From contig CM102287.1 of assembly GCA_046563655.1 (NCBI GenBank), positions 868,001 through 932,000 on the forward strand: a stretch of DNA of 64,000 nt, in the 5' to 3' direction. The notes beneath the pieces were generated by a model. That model searched no databases. It saw only the letters and a program-made list of their open reading frames with translations, and was not told the DNA's origin. The position numbers were made by a program, and so were the translations under genes. This document shows, one piece after another, positions 58,546 to 64,000 of the stretch. Source of the stretch: Yuukianura sp. NJ FZ-2021. Taxonomy: Eukaryota. Each line of letters begins with the position of its first letter. Position 1 is the stretch's first letter.

Positions 58546-58888
58546 AACGTAAATTACAATAATTGTAGAGCTTAGATGGGTAGTATTGTATTAAGTACAG
58601 CACGTTCGCACTCTGCGGATACAAACGTGCAACTGAACAAAATTTCAGCAACGCTAAGTTTATAACGAACTGTGGTGGTGGTGGTGGTGGTGATGTTGGT
58701 GGTGGTGGTGGTAATGTTGGTGGTGGTGGTGGTGATGTAGGTGGTTTTAGTAGTGTGGAGTTCTGTACTCCACTGGTACATCGAAGCAAAATTAGAATAA
58801 AATATTTCATTTTTTGATATATAGAAAAGGTAAGTATAATCCTGGTTAATTGGACACAATCTTTCATGTTGTTTGCATTCAATTGTAA

Positions 58889-60151
58889 ATATTTTGCAAC
58901 CTTGCTGTCGTTTTTAATCTCTGTTGGTATGAATTATTCTTGAGGGTTATTTTGCGTCCTGGTACAAACGTACCAATATATAACGAATTGAGTTCTGTGT
59001 ATTTTTAACATCACCGCACTTATACCTGAAGTCGTGCTGTGTCTTGACACAAATTGACCCCATAACTCTCATTGAACTAATGCAATGGGTGGGCTATTTG
59101 GGGATGCAATGTAAGGATCTATTGAGATGTGGGTGTGTAAACTATACAAAAAATTTGTTTGTGGATTGACACACTTTTCTCTTCATTGTACTACAGTCTG
59201 TGGGAAAATAGAAATCCGAAGAATTGTTTCTCATGCTACCGCACTTTTTTCTCTTCCGGAAGGAATTATGAAGATGAACACAAATCGCAGTTCGGCTCTG
59301 TTCGATGCCTCAATGTTTCGGCAAAGCACAGTTCAGAAGTATTCCGAACCGTCTATTAACATCTATGCTTCCAAACAGAAATCCATGTCACTCGGCAACA
59401 GTCGGTGAGACTCGGCAAGATTCGGTGAGATTTGTCAAGAGTCGATGAGAATCGGCAGGTGTGCTTAAGAGTCGCCAAGAGTCGGTGTTAGGTTAGGTTA
59501 GCTAGGTCGGTGAGGCAGCAGAAGTTGAAATGACGTAATTGTTGAAAATACGCATCTGGACTTTGTACTGATACATAACATACACACAAAGAGGCATGAG
59601 TCACTACTGTCCTTGAGCATTCGGAAAAAAAATTCGGACTTTTGTAATCTCCCCTCATAACTCATGAGGCCCTCCATATTCCTTTGACTGACATCTCACA
59701 ACTCAAGCGTTACTATATATATACATGCGCAAATCCTAATTGTAGGGTCGGCTATTAATAGTACAAATTGAAATGACGATGAACATACGATTCTGGACTT
59801 TGCTCCCACGCGTGCACTTAAGGCCATGACTCACCACCGTCCTTGAAGAAGGGCCGGACTTTGCACCACACAAAAACGATTTTGGACTTTGTTCACGCGT
59901 GTGCACGTAAGGTGTGAGTCACCTCCGTCCTTGAAAACAGGTCGGACTTTGTACCAAATAAGACTTCCAAGGATATTAAAATGCGATCATTCAACTTAAC
60001 CTTCTTATATGACTTATTAACGACCTATTTCTATGACTCAACTTCCAAATACTTTGGACCTTCACCTTCCATTCTTGTTTTGAGTTATTTCGATGACTCA
60101 ACTTTCGAAACTAAAACGTTTTACGTTCTTGGACACACTAATCATGCTACT
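58889..60151 (-). repeat. Right TIR
   Basis: Reverse complement of 51005-52262 except for a few substitutions and a TTAGG patch. Confidence 0.92.
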
Positions 60152-60169
60152 CGTAGCCGTAACCTCTAA

Positions 60170-63100
60170 TGTACATGACCCCGAACTACAATAAAACAAT
60201 GGGCCTGAAGGGCCTAAACCGAAGGTACTGGGGAAAGGAGCGGGGCAAGCCACTACCTGGCCTATGACCACTACCTGGTCATGGCCACTCCTGGCCAAGG
60301 GCCACTAACTGGCCCGAAGGATGCGTAGAGTGTCCATTGTGACCTTACTGTGACGGCGGAGTATTTTCCCCACCGTCAGAGGATTAGGAGGGGTCCGCAC
60401 AGCCGCAGCAGAGGAGGAGAGCAGCAGAGCCACGAGGCAGGAGCACCACACCGCACCACGCCACACTTTAGCTTTTAGTTCATTTTAGTATTTAGATCTT
60501 TATTCTAAGAATAAAGATCAGTTCTCTTTCTGTCCTACACGCGAGCAGTCATGATTCCAGATCCTTCTTAGAGTTGACACGGGGGTCAACTCTACATTGG
60601 CGACGTGACAGGCGACCTCCAATCCAGAAGGTCAAGTCGAAGCCTTCGAGGTCAAGATCAGAGAGACCTCGCTCCATACTCGGCAGCAACCTCACCTTTA
60701 GCAATCGAGGGACGGATCAACGGACGAACGGACACATTTTTGGTACATCGAGGGTACGTTTAGTTAATTGGGGACGCAGCGTCAACAGGCAGCGATCCCA
60801 GCGCAGCGATTGTTGGTTAGTGCGCGTAAAGTCAGGCTAAGTTACATTCGGTGACCTGGACATGCATCAGTGAGGCATGAATCGTTCTCTTTTTCACATT
60901 TTCCTGGTAAAATCAAAGTTAAACAATAAGATTCGCCCATGATCTGCCTAGTGCTATGTCATACGGTATTGTCAGTACACGTATCCTAAAGTTCAGTATG
61001 GAATCGACATAAAACCGTTTTCTAAGGTAACGTATAGTAAAGTAGAGTTACGAATTGGCCTAAAAACGTGGTATAACGTGGCGTGTAACAAAATGGCGTC
61101 GTGAGCATGCAGAGTCAGGTTATCAGCATCAGTTTCATTCAGTAGTGAATCGAGGTCACCGGAAATTCCTTATTAGTAAAAGTAATTCAGAAAGACAGAA
61201 TCTATGAAATGTAATTAGAAATTCTTTCTCTCATACAATCTTAAAGTTGAATGGAAAGAGACGCAACGTAGAGTAAGTTGCAGTCTCTCATTTTATCTTG
61301 TGGACATGGTTAGTGATTAACTTTTCAGTAAGAGACACAGCGTAAAGAAGCAGTTGTCTCAACAAGTAGGTTACAGTAAGGCATAATTCTACAGTTTGTT
61401 CAATGATTCGGAGTTATTAATTTGTTTTTGAAATTTTTTGGTTTGAGTGATTACTAGTGAACAGTTATTAAAGTAAATTGAAGTTTATCTGTAAATGAGT
61501 GACGAGCACGCACAGCTACGTCGAACTAGAGCTGCTAGAGCAGAGAACAGAGATAGAGTAAGACAAGCACAGAGTCAAAGTCAAAATCAAATTCAAGGTG
61601 AAATTCAAAGTCAAATAGAAGAAGACGATATTTTTTCACAAAATCTTTTCGAAATGGCTGACGATGCAGTAAGTAATGTTCAAGATGAGGGTGATGATGC
61701 TCCATTGTTGCCAGCTTCCCTTATTAGACAGTTAGGGCTCCAACCAGCAGGGGTTAGTGCTCTACAACGATGGGTCAATGATCTTCCAGAGACTAGGAGT
61801 AGAAGAGGCGACGCGCATCCCAGCGACGCTTCTAGATTGCACAATTCAGATTCAGATTCAGATGAAAGTGAGAAAGTGCAAGGAAAGAAAAAAGTTTCTA
61901 GCAAATTGCCAAAAGTTCATTACACGATCACAGGGGTTAATCCAAACATTCCAGTTCCAGTCTACGATTATAGAAAGCGAACTGCAGCTTCTTATTTGTT
62001 AGATGTCGAGTCTTATTTTCAAAGTCAGAACTACACGAAGGACAAATATTTGTATTTGATCAGGACTATTATGACTAAAGAGACGAAAGCTTGGTATGAC
62101 AATGTCCGAGATGACATTAAGTCGTGGTCACAATTCAAAAAGAGTTTTATTGCAAAGTATGACACAATCGAAGAAAAGGAATTCAGAGCTAGGTTGTTAA
62201 TGACCAGACAGCAGAAAGTTACAGAATCTGTTGAAAGTTTTGTCTGGGAAATGGTGACTCTTAGCCGTCAGGTTAATCCAAAAGAGGAAATGTTTCGTAT
62301 TGTCAAACGTTGTCGTGATGCTCTGTATCCACAAATCAGATGTTTGGTAGGTTATAGCCAGAGTTGGACTCCAGCTGACCTAATTAATGAAGCCAAAAGA
62401 GTCATCTATGACATTAAGGCAGAGGATAGACGCAAGAATGAGGTTACAGAGCTTCCTCCAGTTTTCACAATTCCGGTAGAAAACGAATTCAACCAAGTTC
62501 AGTCAAACTTTCCGAATGAAAACAAGCAGAAAAGTAATAATAGAGGTCAGAATTCAATTCATAGAGGAAATAATGGAAACAGAGGTCCAAACAATTATGG
62601 TAGAGGTCAAGGTCATTCCGGCCCAAATTCTTACAATAACCAAGGATTCAGACAACAGAATCAGCAAGGTCAGAGTCAGAATCAGCAAGTTAGTAGCGCT
62701 GAGGCTCAATTTGGTAGTTACCAAGATTTTCCGCAAAGTAACAGAGGTCAGAACTCGAGAGACAGAGGTACACCGCGAGGTAGAGGTTACCCAGAGGTTC
62801 CCCAGTTTAGAAATCCAACTGCTAACAATTATCGTACAAGTAGAGGGAACTTACAATGCTATATATGTCAGGATTTTGGTCATTTTGCGAGGGAGTGCCC
62901 GCAAAACAATACAGTTGGAATGGTGATGCAGCGAGATCAGAATTTTCAGAATTTCGAAAATGTTAGACAGGAAAGTCAGAATCATTACATTGAACCAGAT
63001 ATGTCCGCGGGACAACAGAACAGCCAAGGGCCGCAGCAGAGAGAAACTCAAAATTTTAGGGACGACGCGTACACAAGCGACGTCCCACAGTACAGGGAAC

Positions 63101-64000
63101 CGAGAAATACAAGTTTTGCTAATGAACAGGTTCAAATGAGGTCTAATGGTCGTGACTATTTAAACTATTAAAATCAAAAAATCAAAAATCAGAATAGGCT
63201 TTAGTTTGTATTATTTAGGGCATAAGTAGGGTTGGTGTATAATTTAGAAGTAATTAGCTAGGTATTACATAGGGAATAGATTTATTTCCATGATTTAGAT
63301 TTAGGTATAGTTTAATGTTAGTTAAAAATTTTGCAGAATAGTACTTCTGGTTAATAGATTTAAAAGAAAAGGTAATTGTTACGGCGCGTAAAGCCTTCAA
63401 TGAAACTGAAAAGAAGTTGTTCATGTCAGAAACAGAAAGTTCAGGAAGTATGAGTTGAATTCATTTAGAAAAGTATAGCTTTGACAGAAAGTTTACATTA
63501 GAATAGACGTATAAGCATAACTATGGATGAAACTAGAATTAAAATTCAAAATAGGAATCAAATGAGAATTACAAAAGTTAAAATAGTGGCAGTTGCACTA
63601 TCCAGAGCTCCAGTTAAAGCTTTCAAAAATGATTAAAGTTACTTAATAGATGAAATCGAAATTATGGAAATGCTTAGGATGGGACGACGCGAGTGGCGAC
63701 GACCCAAGAAATTTTGTAAAGTTTTAGAGTGTAAGTTAATTTAGAAAGCAGAGAAGATGCTCAAAGAAAAGATTTAGAGAATTTGAAAGCTAGAATTAGA
63801 GCTTAACAAACCGCAGATGGGTTTAAAAGAAATCATGCAATGTAGAAATTATTTGATGAAAGATTTAAAATCCTGTTTAGGATAGTGCACTTAAAAAGAA
63901 TATGAAAGAATTGCGGAAGCGCAAAGTGGGAAGATGACCCCACAAATGGGCAGAATTAGGTCCAAAAAAGCGGTATTACAAACTAAAGGTGTTTTGTATT
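60170..64000 (+). mobile_element. 5' part of a Ty3/gypsy element (LTR ending 60596, PBS 60598)
   Basis: TGTA...TACA, AATAAA at 60510, TGGCGACGTGAC PBS, gag downstream. The LTR start is uncertain and could be ~50891, left of the Maverick. Confidence 0.7.
61495..63171 (+). CDS. gag: Gag, 558 aa, related to the gag at 41747
   Basis: IPVPVY..TAASYLLDVESYF..YLYLI..KAWYD..WSQFK, CYICQDFGHFAREC, terminal TTTAAAC at 63159. Confidence 0.88.
   Translation: MSDEHAQLRRTRAARAENRDRVRQAQSQSQNQIQGEIQSQIEEDDIFSQNLFEMADDAVSNVQDEGDDAPLLPASLIRQLGLQPAGVSALQRWVNDLPETRSRRGDAHPSDASRLHNSDSDSDESEKVQGKKKVSSKLPKVHYTITGVNPNIPVPVYDYRKRTAASYLLDVESYFQSQNYTKDKYLYLIRTIMTKETKAWYDNVRDDIKSWSQFKKSFIAKYDTIEEKEFRARLLMTRQQKVTESVESFVWEMVTLSRQVNPKEEMFRIVKRCRDALYPQIRCLVGYSQSWTPADLINEAKRVIYDIKAEDRRKNEVTELPPVFTIPVENEFNQVQSNFPNENKQKSNNRGQNSIHRGNNGNRGPNNYGRGQGHSGPNSYNNQGFRQQNQQGQSQNQQVSSAEAQFGSYQDFPQSNRGQNSRDRGTPRGRGYPEVPQFRNPTANNYRTSRGNLQCYICQDFGHFARECPQNNTVGMVMQRDQNFQNFENVRQESQNHYIEPDMSAGQQNSQGPQQRETQNFRDDAYTSDVPQYREPRNTSFANEQVQMRSNGRDYLNY

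Larger units (their letters stand above)
51005..60151. mobile_element. Non-autonomous Polinton/Maverick-type element (9.1 kb)
   Basis: AGT...ACT termini, 6-bp TSD CGTAGC (50999-51004, 60152-60157), near-identical long TIRs; no pPolB, integrase or capsid inside. Confidence 0.85.

Noticed and set aside
51005..60151. Assembly artefact (inverted duplication)
   Set aside because: The arms differ at several sites and are bounded by a 6-bp TSD with AGT/ACT ends.

Overview
Eukaryotic window, most likely an arthropod (TTAGG telomere-type fillers, 51-76 nt GT-AG introns, TATA plus TCAGT/TCATT initiators). It is almost entirely nested mobile DNA and I recognise no ordinary host gene. (1) ~0.2-17 kb: an intron-rich Polinton/Maverick-like virus segment. 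It carries a long pPolB with degenerate exonuclease and polymerase motifs, a 5-exon PIF1 helicase interrupted by a CACTA-type element, a truncated major capsid protein, a basic core protein, a BIR-RING IAP, a penton, a 4-exon integrase and two small membrane proteins. (2) ~17.3-23.6 kb: a decayed Helentron (Rep-PIF1-APE), with several DINE-1/HINE-like relatives downstream. (3) 23.9-40.4 kb: solo LTRs, Ty3/gypsy remnants, a pogo remnant and a full-length BEL/Pao element. (4) 40504-49777: an intact-looking Ty3/gypsy element. Its env-position ORF3 encodes an Rrp6/EXOSC10-like DEDDy exoribonuclease plus HRDC and a CCHC knuckle. The element also carries 17 sense copies of a hairpin with covarying stems and a conserved 7-nt loop (CDGWAGA), mostly clustered before gag and before ORF3. 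This is the most striking system here. (5) 51005-60151: a non-autonomous Maverick (6-bp TSD, AGT...ACT ends, ~1.26 kb TIRs). (6) 60.2-64 kb: the 5' part of a related gypsy element. All family calls come from motif recognition by eye; no searches were run.
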